Positions 12,801-27,404 are shown, counted from the stretch's first letter. The stretch: 64,000 nucleotides of DNA from Amphiscolops sp. MND2022 (GCA_964187785.1 OZ076412.1:16616001-16680000), one strand, 5' to 3'. The notes: generated by a model from the letters alone, not told the origin. Program-made: numbers and translations.

Positions 12801-15136
12801 ATTCGGAGTGCCATAATTCCATTGTGTTCGAGTCAGTGACTTGTTACCATAAATGATAGGAAGAAGGATGGTTTTTCCATTATACTCCTGTTCCTGGTGA
12901 AGGATACCGGCTATAGCAACTGCACTGGCATCCGTATCCAAAACGAAAGGTTTTTCTGCATTTGGCGCTGCCAAAACTGTGGCGTCGGCTGAAGCCTTTT
13001 TCACTGAATCGAACGCTTCCCGATGTTTCTCCTTCCAGTAGAAGTGTTGGTTCTTCCTCAACTATTCCTGCATAGGTTGTACTTTAGCAGCCTGAAAGGG
13101 AAAATAAAGTCTCGGTAGTAGTTAGCGAATCCGAGGAAGCTCTGCAGCTCCTCTTTATTCCTCGGGGCGTCCATTCCTGGATCTTGCCAACAGCTGCCGG
13201 GTCTGGCTTTATGCCTTCCGCAGAAACTACTCGTCCGAGGTTCTTGGTTTCGGTGCGCATGAAATAACATTTCTTAGCTCGCATTTTGAAGTCTGCCTCT
13301 CTGAGACACTCAAACACTTCCATGATTCTCACCAAGTGATCTTCAATGGTTTCTGTTGCAATTACTATATCGTCAATGGATGCCATGATAACACCTCCAT
13401 GTCGTTGTTGAATCTTCTGAAGAGCTCTGGTAATCGATCTTTGAACTGTGGCCGATGCATTGCATAGCCCAAAGGGCATGCGCCGCCATTCGACCAGGCC
13501 GAGCTCACAAGCAGACGCGGGTTCTCTGCGATTACGCTCTTTCAGCGGAATCTGCCAAAAGGCTCACACCAAATCGATGCTCGTTAAGATTTTTGCGTTC
13601 CCAATTCTCGAGAGGCTCTCATCTATTCTGGGTAGTGGAAACGCGTCCTTCACTGTTACATAATTTAGCGGGCGGAAGTCACAGCAAAAGCGAAGTTCGC
13701 CTGATATTTTACCATGACTATCCAACTATCCCACAGCAAGTAGGGAGTTGTATCAGACCGAGGGCCAGTACGTTTTGTACTTACTGATCCCCCCTGTCAG
13801 GGGACATTCGTGTAGCTCCTTCTTGGTATGGTACAGCCTACGGCTCCATCTCTATTCTATGTTTTGATATCTTACACCTACCTATGTCAGACTTATTTTT
13901 CATGAATAGATCTTCGTACTCATTTAAAATAGTCTCTAGCTTTTCTTTCGCCTTTTCCTCCTAGAAGAAAGAACGGAAGAGAGGTCAGGGCCAGGAATTG
14001 CTCTCAGCAATTGAGGATCTGTCCGCTTGTGTTTCTCATTTTCCGATGGACATATCTCTGACGGCTCTGTTGAAAACAAGAATTTCTGTGCAAAGGAACT
14101 AAATTCTGAACTAGTGTTCTTATCAATGTCTCTATGCATTTGATTTATAAATTCAACCGAATGTTTCGAAGCTTCACTTTTTTTGCATGGAAACAAAGTT
14201 CAATACAAAAGCGATGAACGTCGCATTCCCATTTACAGTTTGTTCCTTAACTTTTACCCGCTCTTTATCAGTTTGATTTCGCAGGGTTAAAAAAAATAAT
14301 ACCTTCTTCTCCCACGGAAGTTGGTGTACCTTCTGAAACAAATACTGAAATGGACTCCATGCTACATGACTAAACCATTACATTGCGAAAATAAAACTCA
14401 TTGGGCTGTTGCCTTTTGACTTTTGCGCGCACAATTTTTCTTTCGAAAGGTCCTAAGACAACCTCTTCGCGGAAATTACAAATTATGGTTCTTTGTCTTT
14501 CACCTCATGGACGGCTTTAAAGATCCTGGGCGTTTTGGGATCTCGAATGGTGACCTTCATGGCTGTTAGGTCCACCAATACGGACGTTGTATATGCGCAG
14601 AAAGTTGCTACCCAAAAGACAATCCTCTGAATCAATGTGGTCGGCTATGATTACGGAGTTGGTCTTCAGAGTGTGTCCGCCAAGCTGAAAACTTACGTCT
14701 CCGGCTAAACCAACGGTAGTGATGTTTTTGCCATTGGAAGCGTAGAGCTCAATCTCCTATGGTGACAAACTCAGCTCATGCGGAGATGCGATTTTCTTAT
14801 ACGCTCTCAGTGAAAGAATAGAGACCCCTGAACCAGTGTATATCTTGCCGAAAAGTGGTATCGGCTTTTGCAAACGAGTTCCGAATGCAACTACTAACGA
14901 CGTTCTCTCATCAATCTGGACCTCTTCTTGTGCATTCTGCATTCAAATGTTGTAGCAACGCAGTTCTTCCTTGCCCAAATACAATCCTTGCGGAAAAGGT
15001 CATTCCAGGACAACAATCGCGTCAAACCTCATGTCGACACCGTCAATCGTGATTGGCATGGGGACTGTCGCAATTGTTTTGACTTTCTCTATCCGGGCAA
15101 GCTTGGTCTCATCTTTTCTAGTGGAATGTGGTAACG
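9835..15136 (-). pseudogene. pol: pol of Gypsy family 1, frameshifted and stop-ridden
   Basis: ORF fragments 13084-13479 (RT), 12723-13061 (RNase H), 11543-12334 and 11275-11640 (integrase), 10137-10874 (low-complexity tail). Confidence 0.9.
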
Positions 15137-15141
15137 ATTTC

Positions 15142-16057
15142 CGTAACGGCTGCTTGCCCTTATCCTGCGCTGAGGCTTGACAAACTGTACGCCGCCCTGA
15201 TCCGTTACTTGGTACAGTGGACCGTTACTAAACAATTCTTGGTTTTGTCGTTTAAAAGACTGAATCTTGTGGCTGGTGGGTCCGATGTGACCCGTGGAAT
15301 CTCCTGCGATCCATCTCTGCACTTTTTTGGATCCGATGTGATCCGTAACACTCTACCCTCACTGGATCTTCACGCGCTTCGGCTCTCCAATTATGAGAGT
15401 AGCTTTTTAGTCGCTCTAACTCTAGTAAAAAATTATGAAGATTGAGAAGTTGATTATTTAGTCTCTTGGTCGTAAGACCCAACTTGACCATAGCTATTCG
15501 TGAAAATCTTTGCCTAACTATGGTATAATTGTTGTTTACAATTCTACAGTAAACATAGAGCAAATATCAGTTGAAAGATGCGGTATAAATAGATGACAGT
15601 TAAGTGAATAATTAAAGTTATTAGCTATGTAAACAAAGCACATGGCGAGGTCTTGAATGTGGGTTAGGTATGCTCACAAGCATGTTTACATATGTAAATA
15701 TCTTCAATTTCAACAGAGTCACATTCTAAAGTGGTCATAAGGGTAAGTAGCAATCTTAACATTTTGACTCAATGACCTTGAAAATCACCCATGTGAGAAG
15801 TGAAGGGAGTTAATGTGAATGAATGGCCTTGCAACTTAGTTGGTGTGTTCGCGTTGGGTACTTTCTCACGTGTGTCAAGTTTCATGGCTCCCTGGTTAAT
15901 AGTTATTGAGAAAATCCCGACTGGAGGGGGTTTTTCGATTTTGTCACACTTGTTATTTCCTCAAAACTTCATCGAAGTTTTTATGTGTTTAAGTCTTGTT
16001 TCTCAACCAGCTTGTTCCCAATCGACTTTCTTTGTCTGCTGATGACTGGCGTCAACA
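15142..16057 (-). repeat. BEL/Pao 3' LTR
   Basis: Starts TGTTG after the purine-rich GGGAGAAAAACAGGGCCGGCAA, ends GCCGTTACG; roughly 88-90% similar (by eye, first ~170 bp) to 26506-27404. Confidence 0.85.
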
Positions 16058-17331
16058 TTGCCGGCCCTGTTTTTCTCCCGGAAAACACTTTCATTGAACA
16101 GGGGTGCCAGTTTCACTACTGGTCTTTTGAGTTTTCCATCTTCAGTTTTCACCAGCGCTGATCTCACTCGCCCATCACTTCCATGGTAGAGTTCCAACAC
16201 TCTACCCATCGTGCAGTGAGCTCCGTTCACATTTTTGTCAACTATCCAAACCAAATCAGTGACTTCCAGTTCTCTAACTTTTCTTTATTCCATTTAGATC
16301 TCTCATTCCATTGTGGTAAATAATCTGTTCCATCTGCTCCAGATCATGTCTGCGTATGCTTGTGACACTCTGAATACTCTTCGCTGATCTGTTTATCACT
16401 GCGCGTCAGGAATGAGTGGTTTTGCTAAACTTGTACGTCCTAGCAGGACGTGGTTTGGAGTCAAAGCTTCCAAATCTTCAGGATCATCACTGACACTAGT
16501 CAGAGGTCTCGAATTCAATATCTCTTCGACCAGACACATTGTTGTGGATAACACATCATCTGTCAGTGTTCTGTTTCCCACTATTGCCTTTACAGATTTC
16601 TTACAGCTTCTGACCATTCGTTCCCAAACACATCTAAAATGCGGCGCATATGGGGGGTAGAACTTCCATTTTATTTGCTTTTGAGCCAAACTCTGCTCAA
16701 TGTCTGATTGATTCCAAGCTTGTATCCATTCTCGCAAATCTCTGGATTCACCCACAAGCCTTGCTCCCTTATCACTTAGAATGATATTCGGTTTTCCTCT
16801 TCTTGCGACGAATCTCGTAATTGCAGACATGCGTCGGCTTCCAGGCTGGGCACGATTTCAACATGCACAGCTCTAGTTGTCAAACATTTGAAAAAAACAC
16901 CATCGTTTCACTGATTTCCTCATGAATCTCACTTTGAATGGTCTAAAGTAGTCAACTCCAGTGTTGGCAAAAGGAAAAACTCCTTCTTCCATTTCTTCCA
17001 ATCTTTCTTTAGGTAAGTCTGCCATGAAAGGTTGAACTCCTCCAACATGTTGCTTTCTGCACTTAACACACTTCAACTTCGCAATTCTGAGAGCATTTTG
17101 GAGTCCAATTATCCAGTTATTTTGCTGAAAAATGCTGCGGACATACTCCGGTCCTTCATGGTAGTTACTTTCATGCGCATCTTCAATCAATTTCCTCACT
17201 ATTAGATGCTTCGCAAATAGCAAAATTGGATGTTTCATTTCATAACTCGCATTAGCATGACGTAGTCGTCCTTTTAAACGCATCAGTTTCTGATTGTCCA
17301 TAAACGGTGATAGTTTGTTCAAGTGATCAGA
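16058..17331 (-). mobile_element. BEL/Pao 3' half (integrase region), decayed
   Basis: LSPFMD..LKGRL, HPILL, H..NYH..CVKC, TGVDYF, RRGKP..ILSD, WERMVRSCK, LNSRPL, GRVLELYHGSDGRVRSALVKT..KRPVVKLAPL. Confidence 0.92.
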
Positions 17332-19486
17332 TGCACCCATGGCAGCTCCAGTGGCTCTGAAAAAGACACAATGCGGTCAACGAACAGCTGCCAGCAAAGA
17401 ACTTCACCGTGAATGTAGACATGTCCGTATCTTTCTTGACAACGTTATCCTTTTTAGGGCTATGAAGTTTCATCGGAATTAGTAAAGCCCAAACAGAAGC
17501 ACGTTCAAAAACTTCTTCAACTGCAACCACTGAAAAATGTCGGAAAAATTGAAACATTTATTTGTCTTGACAACTACTTTAGGCGAAAGATTCCGAACTA
17601 TGCAGTCATGATGCGATGCAATAATCTCAAGTACACCGATGAATGTCAAAATGAATTCCAGTCACTGGTATGTGAGCTTACAAATGAACCATTGGTACAA
17701 GAAGTGACTCTGACAACGGATGAAGTAAAAAAACCATTGGTGCTGTATTAACGCAGAATATTCACACTGTTATTTACATATACGGAAACTTAACCTCGGC
17801 GAAACAGAAATACAGCAACATTGAACGGCAAGCGCTTTTTGTGGCGTTTCCGGTGACACGACTACCACAATTTTTATTTGGGAGGAAGTTCACTCCGAGA
17901 ACAGATCAAAAGCCACTACAACTTTTTTTCAATCAGAAAAACCAGATACATAAAGTTGTGTCAGCGAGACTTGCGAGAAGAGCAAAAACTCTGATGGCCT
18001 TCGGCTATGATGTAATATACACTCTCGGTCAAGATATTGGCCATGCCGATGCAATGTCACGCTCACGCTTCGAAGACGATAAAGACAATTTAGTTGCGGT
18101 AGCATTGGCTACATCTGAGAAATCCGCGGTTGATGTCGAGAAGTCAGGGAAAGCTATTCAATCGAATGAGATCACAAAACGGAATATGAACAGGTTCCGA
18201 TCTGGTTATTGGAAAACTGTACCAAAATGGAGATATCTGTTTTGAATGTTTCAAATGCCTTAGAAGTACACACTGACTTGTTATATGATGGATCGAGTGT
18301 TTATACCAGTAACATGCCGAAAACAAGTGATCGAAAAGTTTCACGACGTCCATCAAGAAATCAATGCTTTGGAAATCTTGGTGAAAAATAATGCTCGGTC
18401 GCTGTTCATGAATAACGATGTCGAACAAATCGTCATTAATTGTCCGGATTCGAGCAAACATTGACAGAGACTGACTGAGTTTACCGACAAATGGGAAGAA
18501 TGCGCTACGTGGGAAAGACAGCAAATGGACTGGTTTTATGAAGCAGAATACGGCAACAATATGATTATTGCTGATGCTGTCTCTGGTGGGCTGGAAGCTT
18601 GTGCGTGCACGGACCGATCAAAGCGGAACGTATTGAGATGTCTCCGAAAACTCTTTTCTCCGTTTGGAATGCCATTTACGATTGTGTCCGATAACGGAAA
18701 AGAGTTTTTATCCAAAGACCTGAAAAACTGGTTGGCCGCACAAGGAAGCAAAAAGAATGGCACACCTCTGTATTCACTGAGAAGCATTGGCGTGGCCGAG
18801 AAAGCTGTTCAAACATTGAAAAGGAGCCTGAAGTTTTACAATAAAGACATAGGTTGTTCACTAACTACCTACAATGCTGAAAATTTTTTCGGTCATAGAA
18901 GTTCTTCAATTGCTAGAAGTGACACTCCTGTCAAATCCTTATTTAGAAAAAACTGGAAAAATCTTGGGAAAAACGGGGAATTTTCGAAGTTGTTGAAAAA
19001 GTGCTGTACAACCCCACTTCAAACGATGATCCGGAGAATTGTCTTACAATATCCGGAAAGGATGAAACACAGCTTGGCTTCGTGACAAGTAATCGCACTA
19101 TACCATCATCAGACGTAGTGAAAGTGGAACCTCAACCGAACATTGGACATGATGTTGGACATGAAGTATCAAGCAGGTTTCACATGAGTCAACTGAAAGA
19201 GAGGATGTGGTGTTCTCATCGTGACTTGTTGTTATTTGGTACAAAACAACTGTTCGCTACCGAAGAAACTATTATAATTTCATTGGTTCCTAGGTTCAAC
19301 TTTTATAACACCGAAGAATGGATGATGAAACATCTCAAATGAACTCTTGCATAACAGTATGTATTTTAACTGGTGTCGACAACTTTTGAATTTTATGTAC
19401 TGTACTGTACGGACCATAATATTTGAAAAGGGGAACCTGAATTGGACTGAGTGTAAAACAAATTATTTTCAAACCACTTTACGACA
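17332..19486 (+). mobile_element. Gypsy family 2, 3' half (RT C-terminus, RNase H, integrase, 3' LTR), decayed
   Basis: CTHGSS..KNFTVN..LSFLG..NYFRRKIPNYA; FTPRTDQKPL; IGHADAMSR; IVSDNGKEF; AEKAVQTLKRSL; PPT GAAAGAGAGGA. Confidence 0.88.
19206..19486 (+). repeat. Gypsy 2 3' LTR
   Basis: TGTGGTG...CACTTTACGACA directly after the PPT; homologous to the split minus-strand LTR at 44072-44218 plus 35937-36099. Confidence 0.75.
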
Positions 19487-19827
19487 CTTTCTATTAAATG
19501 CTCATTCGGTACATTGAAGTCAAGCATCCTCAATGGGGAAACACTAAGTACTTGATGAACTTTTTTGTAAACACCACCAGGTATAGTTCAGATTCTGTTA
19601 GTCTTTCGATCGACAAAAGTGTGTCTCCGAAAGAGACCGATTTGTTTTTTAACAAGATCCTAAAATTTTGTTATTTTCTAGATTCGAGTTTGCTGCACTG
19701 AAAAAAAATAAATAGTCCGCTTAGTTTTTAGGATATTCCAAACAAAAGATGAAACTTTACGAAATAGTTCTTGGAATAGCTGTGCTGTGAACGATAGACA
19801 CAACCATAAGAATTGGTTGGTTTTTTT

Positions 19828-20544
19828 GTAACGTCCACCAGTCAACATCAAAAAAATTCGATGAAAACATCAAAAATGTGCAAATCAAAATGGCCGACCT
19901 GGCAGGTCGTTGAAATCAAAAATGACGATAAAAAGGACTGAAGAACACACCGTCCCCTTCACCCAAAAACTCCTGGAACCCTATTTGAGACGGGATAAAA
20001 CATGCGTGAAAAGAAGAATTGTCCAAAACCCAGTGTTGAGCCATCTTTTCCTGAATATGTCTTCAAAAACCCGAAGAAAAGAAGTACTACCCATCGATGG
20101 TTTGTTCAGAAAGCCCTAAAGACTCCAAAAAAGTGCAGAGTGTGATAATAACTACAGTTAATTGCATAGTTTTGAATGTTATTTAGCAGATTGGCAATGA
20201 TGGTGGATCTATTAGATCCCCATTTTGGTGGCTTTAGACGTTATTCCACTAATCAAAATGTAAATTAGCTAAACCCCTATTTTTGGACCTCAGAGGTATG
20301 TAGGATCGCAGGAATCTTTAGGACCGTTTTTACGTGCTTTTGGAGCGTGTCCGGACTTTGAGTGTGCCCGCACGTCGCCACAGAGCTCTATTATGAGGAA
20401 TCTTCTTAGACAAGTGGAAAGTCCCTACTGCGACCTTTTCGGGAAAAAAACTAATGGTAGGTTGTTGTAAGACACTGGTCTCTTGTTGAAGTAATCTAGG
20501 CATTGTCCCAGTTCTAGAATGTAGCTGTTAGCTTCACATTACAT
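19828..20544 (-). repeat. Dispersed repeat, copy 2 (with ~190-bp insertion)
   Basis: Reverse complement of 1903-2425. Confidence 0.85.
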
Positions 20545-22621
20545 CTAGGATAGTTTTTATGGCGCCCCACAAGGGACATTTTCCAACTTTGCGTCATAAT
20601 AGGAGTTTTTCCTGCTTTCCGGCCCTGCTAGGTCCGGATCAAGGAAAACTTTCTGGAGAGTCCTACAATGTTTTTATTGCCTTTTTCTAGCGTTTCAGGC
20701 TTTGTATCAGTTTTTTTTGCGTTTCCTGCGTTTTTCTGAGGTCTCAAATGAGAACCGATTTATAGCAAAGTACCGTTTAAATACCGTTTATGCTGGTCAA
20801 AATTAACCATCTGGCTTCACGGATTCTGTTTTAAAGGGTTCTGTATTCTAACTTCAGCAAATTTGCTATGTATGGGGACGAAAGGACGTGCCGTGAAGGT
20901 TCACGCTAGCTGTCACGAAGGCGTGACGTCCTAAACGACCACACCTCCTGCACCCTTGTAATTGCAGCACTCCCACGTCAATTGAGTTACATCTCCAATT
21001 TTCCCTATTTACCAGCCCAAAAGGCCTATTCCCAGGCTTTTTTTCACGTAAACTAACTAGGAAAAACACCCTATGGGTGTTCGGACCAGTTGTTAAAAAT
21101 TTGAGCGCGAAAACCTTGAAAATAACATTATATATAGCTCATATTTCGATTTGACTGATTTTGAAAGCCAAAATTTCGTGGGATAAAATACGGCCTGTGA
21201 AATTACAATAGAAACGATCCATCAGACCTGTTGAGTCAGCAACAGAAACATTTGTTTGGCTAAAATGTTGAAACATTGAAAAATTCAGCGATTTTTGTTG
21301 GAAAAACGTCGAATTTGGCCGAAAATACCAAATTTGGCGAGGGCGAAGCCTTCTGCAATTTGTTACCAAGCTTTTGAATTAGCCCAATATTGATGCCCCC
21401 GAGCTTGGTAGTATGGAACACTACTGCCAAGAGGTTTTTCAGCATCCGCCAATATAAATTGAGATTTTAACAGTTTGTTTTTTTTTATAAGCATAGACCT
21501 GAGTAGAGGACCCCATAGATCTGAGAATTATAACATCAAAACTAAAAATTGAAACAACCCCAGTCCCCTGAATAAACTTAGTGCACCTCATTACGGTACT
21601 TTAGTGAACTATCCTGAAAATCTGGGAACCAAGGAATAAAAAGTTCTGAGGGAAATTACGTAATTTTCGCATTGTTCCCAGAGTGTTAAAGGTGTAACTT
21701 GCAAATTTTTTGAGAGACATTGTTTGGAACCTGCCAGGTTTTGCTTGCCTATTTTCTGTTAGTATAGAGCATAACGTTGCAAACGCAGAAAACTGCGAGT
21801 GTATCCAACCAGTAGTTGCCGAGAAATAACCAAAAACGTCTTATTTTTGCGACATTTTCGGAACACTGGAGTAGCGTTCCTGAGACAGTTCGAAATCTCT
21901 CCTAGTAGACGCAGCTCAATGCGGATTGCACCATCGTGTAGACCACAAAACGTTACGTTAGCAGTGTAATTTTCGTAGCGTGAGCATTACTAGTGATTGA
22001 GAAATCTTAGCCGCAGTTTTTCTCAAAAATTGTATGAAAATGTCAAAAAAATCGAATTCTATTTGAGCATAGTGCAATACCTCGCAGGTATCCCAGCACT
22101 AAAATTCGTGCATTACACACGGCACTAGATCCCGACGATTTGTGCATTTTGAGCAGCTTGCTACTCTCCACCTGTGAGAAATTGACATTTTTGTGAATTT
22201 AGACCCGAGAAAGTTTCTAGTGTACATCAAAGTTTTGTGAACTCCGATTGCAGAATTTTGACATGGGCACCCCTTTATCACCCCGTTATATTGTTTTTAT
22301 GTTATGTGGGCATAATTCACGCTCGGATACAAAATTTAAGGTAGCCAGAAAGCCTAGAAGGCGAGTTTGACTGACTTGTGTGAATTTCACGACATTTTTC
22401 AATTCTTCCAACAACTTTGTTGAGCGACCCAAATCACGTGTAATCAATTTTAGCGCAATCGGTGAAAATTTTTTCCACGATTCAGTCACTGTAATATACC
22501 GTGTTAAACTTTCAGGTTGCTACTAGCTCTAGAAGTGATTTTCACTTTTCCCAGACGTGCACATTGGCTGAAAAAACTGCCGATTTTGTGAATTTTTGTG
22601 GAAAATGAGAATTTTTGTGGG

Positions 22622-25600
22622 TGTAATTGCAGGCAAGGGCTTCAAGCGACCCTAGTACTACGGTAGCCACCCAAAGCAGGTCCTGTTAAGTCACTTCGAC
22701 GTGAGCTAATTTAACCTTAAGATGTTGGGTTCATAAAAAAAACAGCCTACGAGACGTAGGAGCGAAAAACACGAAAACAGTGTTTTCTCTCTCAACAGAC
22801 ACCAATGTCACTTAAGTGCGACCTCCTTGTTGCGCTCACGCGTAGACCAACCTGGAAACGCCGTGCAAGAGCCAAAACGTAACTAACGGTCTCCAGGAGA
22901 CTTAGACTTTGGTCGCTGCGCGTCTCGGAACAGAACATCAAGTACAGTTAGATCTAACAGTATGAAGAACCGTGTTTCCCTTGATCGTGTTACGATCTGA
23001 ATAGCAAAACTCTCTTGTTCGCAAGTGTCCTATTACCTACTCATTCCCAAGGTCTGTTCTCAGTGCCCCCTTTTTGTAGCAACCTTGCTTATGCTCTTCA
23101 ACTGTAGAGCAATGCGAGTGACCTAGCATACGCTTAAGGAGCAAAGCGTGATTTCTTCAACTAATCACCGCAAAACGCGTTTAGCGTGCCTGAACATTTC
23201 TGTTCGTTCCAACCGCATAGCCGGTGGCTGGACAAAACGTAGATTAGTGTTAGTTACCATTGATAAGCTTTACGCAGTAGTACTAAAAAAACTGATTATC
23301 GTTTTCGTAGAATAACTATCTCCAATTAGTGGGGAAGCAAACTTTTCTGTTTTAATTAGTAGTGATTAGCACCAGTGTATGTAATCTAGAGTCTGAAGTT
23401 TGTGGATTAGCTATTGTTGACTTAGAACCTAGAAGGTAACCGCGAACTGCAAGCTCCAGAACGTGGTAGTACAATAGCTTAGTTTGAAAATTAGAGGTAG
23501 TAACACCAAGACTACCGTTTAGCTGTCTTTAACTTCAATTTTCCGGAGGGAGTGAGTGAGGTACGAGAAAATTTTTTGAAAAAATTTGGTCGTTTTGAAA
23601 AATAGAAGTTAGAAGCAAGTGACAATCAATGAGTTTGAATGACTGCGAGTATTTGATATCTTTGAATGAATGGTCTTGGGAATCTAATGGCTTTCATGCC
23701 ACCAAACCATTCGCGCAGCAGTGGAATTGTTCAAGCTTAGTACACGTGCCGAAATGGAATAGATGACATGGTCACGAACATGTTTTCAGACGACGCCATG
23801 TCAGATAACGTATCTAACGCCCAATAAAACTCGCGAAAAACGCATGCCAGCCAACCAAACACCTCTAAGGCATCTTCGGATTGTGCCGATCTCGCCAATG
23901 GCACTCCCAGGAACTGTGACAGCGTGTACCTCCTCTAAATACTTCCCTGATTGTTTTGGGGGACTGGCCAATCTCAACTAGAAAACGAGCTACGAGCTCG
24001 AACACCAGCGAATGGGTAGCAAACATGAATGCAGGTACGACTCAAGTAGAGACTACGCCACAAGTTAGTGTAGGAGCGGACCCGCTGGGTTTCGGAAATC
24101 CAGTGTTTAGCGCTAGTAGAAACGCATTCACTGACACGGCAGGTACTCCTTCAGGAAACCAATTGGGAAAGCGGGAGACGAGAAAAGAGATAAACCTCCA
24201 GAACTCTACCTTCACAACACCACCATTGCTAGGCCCCAGCACGGTACGACTGGAACGCACGGGAACTTCCCAACCTTCTGGCTCAAATGGCTTGGCGTCT
24301 CCAAACTTGACCATTACAAGAGGCATTAAGGAGACTGAAGCAATAAAAGAAGACTTTGGATGGAGCATGGCACAGTTGAAACAAGTCCAGTCGAAGCTAG
24401 CCCAAGAGAATAATGCGAGCTGAGGCCTTAGTGAAGGAAGTGGAAGAGCTGAAATGAGAATTGAGTGAGATAAAATAAGGAAGGGTGCATCAATCAGGGC
24501 AAGCTAGAAACGTCAACGGCATCAATCAAGAGTCCAACTGAAGAGCGCATTTCGGAAATGACAGCGGTAATGGCGCAGAGGGATCAACAAGCTGACGAGC
24601 GTATGAAATTCATATCAGAAACTTTGCATCGCAGAGACATAGATGTCGACAAACGCATGATGGACCTCATGACTACAGTTCAAGAATTAACGCAAGGGGT
24701 GAAAGCTGTAGTGGCGACGGTACCAAGTCGTCTTTCACCTGTGCCGATGGCACTAAACCCTGCGAATGTATCATTTACAAGTGCATGTCCACCTCAGCAG
24801 TCCACCTATACAGAAGTACGTCAATGCCAGAGCGAAACAAAGCCCGACCAAGTGAAACAACCAAAGTTGCAACCACATGCATCGTACAAGAGCATGCCTG
24901 CGAAAGCTCAAGTCGCATCAGCTAGTCACACCCAGTTGCGGCGATGTGAAGTACGCAGCCCCCCTTCATTCAACCCCTATGCGAGAGGTGCCACAACGAC
25001 TGGAGAATACTACTCGGCGGCCAGTGGCCTAATGACCAGGGACGCGATGACTTCAACGGGAGACACTGAGTATCAAACTGCCGTCTCGTCGAACCCCAGC
25101 ACGAAGCACCCAGCGTTAATCTCCAGACCTGATCAACTGAGACCGTTCGCCTCCAGTACGCGAAAAAAAACCACCTCGAAGAGGAACCTAAATCTAGAGA
25201 CAAAAAAAGGAAGTGCAAAAGACAACGTTCCGAACGCGATACGCAGTCAAGCAAAAGCTGAAGCAATTACCACCGCGATGTCCAAAGGTCTGAGACCGCT
25301 GCTAGCGGCAAAAGAAACCAAAAACAAACTGACCAAATACCGCGGTGCCCATGATGGGTTAGTAAATGGTTGGTGATTGCTCATGAAACAGAGCATGGAC
25401 CATCGTTGAATTCCTAGAAAACGAGGCACGAGACTACATTACGAACAAATTTGAGTCTGAACGCGACACGGACGAAAAAATCTTTGCGCTGCTAGCGCGG
25501 CAATTTGGCACAGGATCCAACAAGATGCAAAAAATAAAACAGCAGTTTCGCATACACAATCAGTCGAACTATGAAGACTACATGCGATTTTTGACGCACT

Positions 25601-26505
25601 TGAAGGTTTGCGCAGCCAAGGCTTCCCTAACGAGGAGGTGACGGTGAGGCGCTACGAGATTCATTAAAGGGATACGCAGCTTTTAATTGAAGCGAAACCT
25701 CGCACTCATGTACGCACAAGAGCAACACGTAGATGCACCTCGAACAGTGGAAGCACTACGATTCACGGTACAGCAGTACTTGCGTATGCGTGGTCCTGCC
25801 CGCACCGAGAATAATCTAGCACCCCAGCAACGGCAACAACCTGTACTTGCAGGTCAACAAAACCAGATACCGGCAGCGGCTCCCCAACGCCTAATCTTCA
25901 GCAACCTCCACAGCAGCCTGCGGCTTACAGACAGTAACCACAACAAGCATATTTCAACTGTGGTGACCAATCGCATTTTGTGATAGATTGCCTTTTGAAA
26001 GACAGAGCACGGAAACAGGTACAACAAGCATTCAACTCATGTCGTATGAACATAGCTGGTGAATGGGTTTGCCCTTCGGCCCCTCGTGGCATGAACGATG
26101 ATATTGTACCTGCGGCTTTAGCAGAACAAGGAAGAACGGCATTCTGCATCAATTGTGGTCACACGGGCCACTTGGCATCTGAATGTATTGTGCCCGAGAA
26201 AGCAGCAACAGAAGAACAAGTGAAAGGGGCGTGGTACGCACCTGTCACGAACTCCGCGGACTTTGCTGATACTGGTGATCAGATACGGGTAATCTCAACT
26301 TTAGATCCCTCACGTCCTGTGATTGTGACTTGTGGCGAGAAACAAATCCTTACCACTCTCGAAGCCCCAGCACCTAACTGTACTGAAACACTGATTTCTG
26401 TTCACCTTTTATAATCGGCAGAACAAACGGCACGTCCAAACCTCACATTAGCACAACTGAAGGAAGAGCTTTGTCGCAACACCAATCTCACGATAACCTC
26501 AAGAC
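22622..26505 (+). mobile_element. Gypsy family 1, 5' half (putative LTR/leader and gag), decayed
   Basis: gag fragments 23956-26414 with knuckles YFNCGDQSHFVIDC and CINCGHTGHLASEC; the frame ends ELCRNTNLTITSR at the BEL insertion. The 22622 start (TGTAATTG) is tentative. Confidence 0.75.
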
Positions 26506-27404
26506 TGTTGGCACCAGTCATCAGCAGGCAAAGAAAGTCGATTGGGAACATGCTGGTTGAGAAACAAGACTTGAACATTTGGAAACTTAGATGAAATTTC
26601 GAGGAAACAACAAGTGTGACAAAATCGAAAACCACCTAGTCGGGATTTTCTCAACAACTATTAACCATGGAGCCATGAAACTTGGCACACATAAGTAAGT
26701 ACCTAACGCGAACACACCGGCTACGTTTCACGGTCATTCATTTTTTATAACCCTTTACTCCTCACATGTGTGATATTCAAGGTCATTGAGTCAAAATGTA
26801 AAAATGGCTATTCACCCTCATGACCACTTTAGAATTTGATGATGTTTACATAGTGTAAACAAGCTTTTGAGCCCACCTAACCTACATTCAAGACTCACCA
26901 TGTTCATTGTTTACATAGCTGAAAACTTTAATAATTCACTTGAATGTCATACATTTATACGACATATTTCAACAGATACTTGCTCTATTTTAACTGTAGA
27001 ATTTAACCACATTTATAGCAAAGTTAGACAGAGATTTTCACGATTGAATAGCTTTAGTCAAGTTGGGGCTTAGGACCAAGAGACTAATTAAACAACTTCT
27101 CAATCTTCACAACTTTTCGCTACAGTTAGAGCGACTAAGTAGCTACTCTCATAGTTGGAGAGCCGGAGCGCGTGAAGATACAGTGAGGGAAGTATGTTAC
27201 GGATCACATCGGATCCGAACAATAGCAAAGAGGGATCGCAGGAGATTCCACGGGTCACATCGGACCCACCAGATACAAGATACAGTCCTTTAAGCAAGAA
27301 AACCAGGAGTCTTTTTAGTAACGGTCCACAATACTAAGCAACGGATCAGGGCGGCGTAAAGTTTGTCAAGCCTCAGCGCAGGATAATGGCAAGCCGCCGT
27401 TACA
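26506..27404 (+). repeat. BEL/Pao 5' LTR
   Basis: TGTTG...GCCGTTACA followed by PBS-like TGGTCCGCCGACC at 27407; homologous to 15142-16057. Confidence 0.85.

Larger units (their letters stand above)
4074..15136 (-). mobile_element. Gypsy family 1, 3' half (PR-RT-RNaseH-IN plus long accessory region), decayed
   Basis: Minus-strand fragments in Gypsy order: protease-like (YTGSGVSILS), RT (MPFGLCNA, SIDDIVI), RNase H (FVLDTDASAVAIAGIL), integrase (HDESGHQG..C..C; IIDHFTKF; MQSDN; VERQN), then ORFs at 9617-4074. No 3' LTR located. Confidence 0.9.

Noticed and set aside
1903-20544. Giant foldback or Polinton-like element bounded by 0.5-kb terminal inverted repeats
   Set aside because: No TSD, transposase or polB. 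The right copy falls inside the inferred inversion, which explains the opposite orientation.
20957-20991. 35-bp TGTAA...TTACA mini solo LTR
   Set aside because: No TSD; only an 11-bp match to 22622; could be chance.
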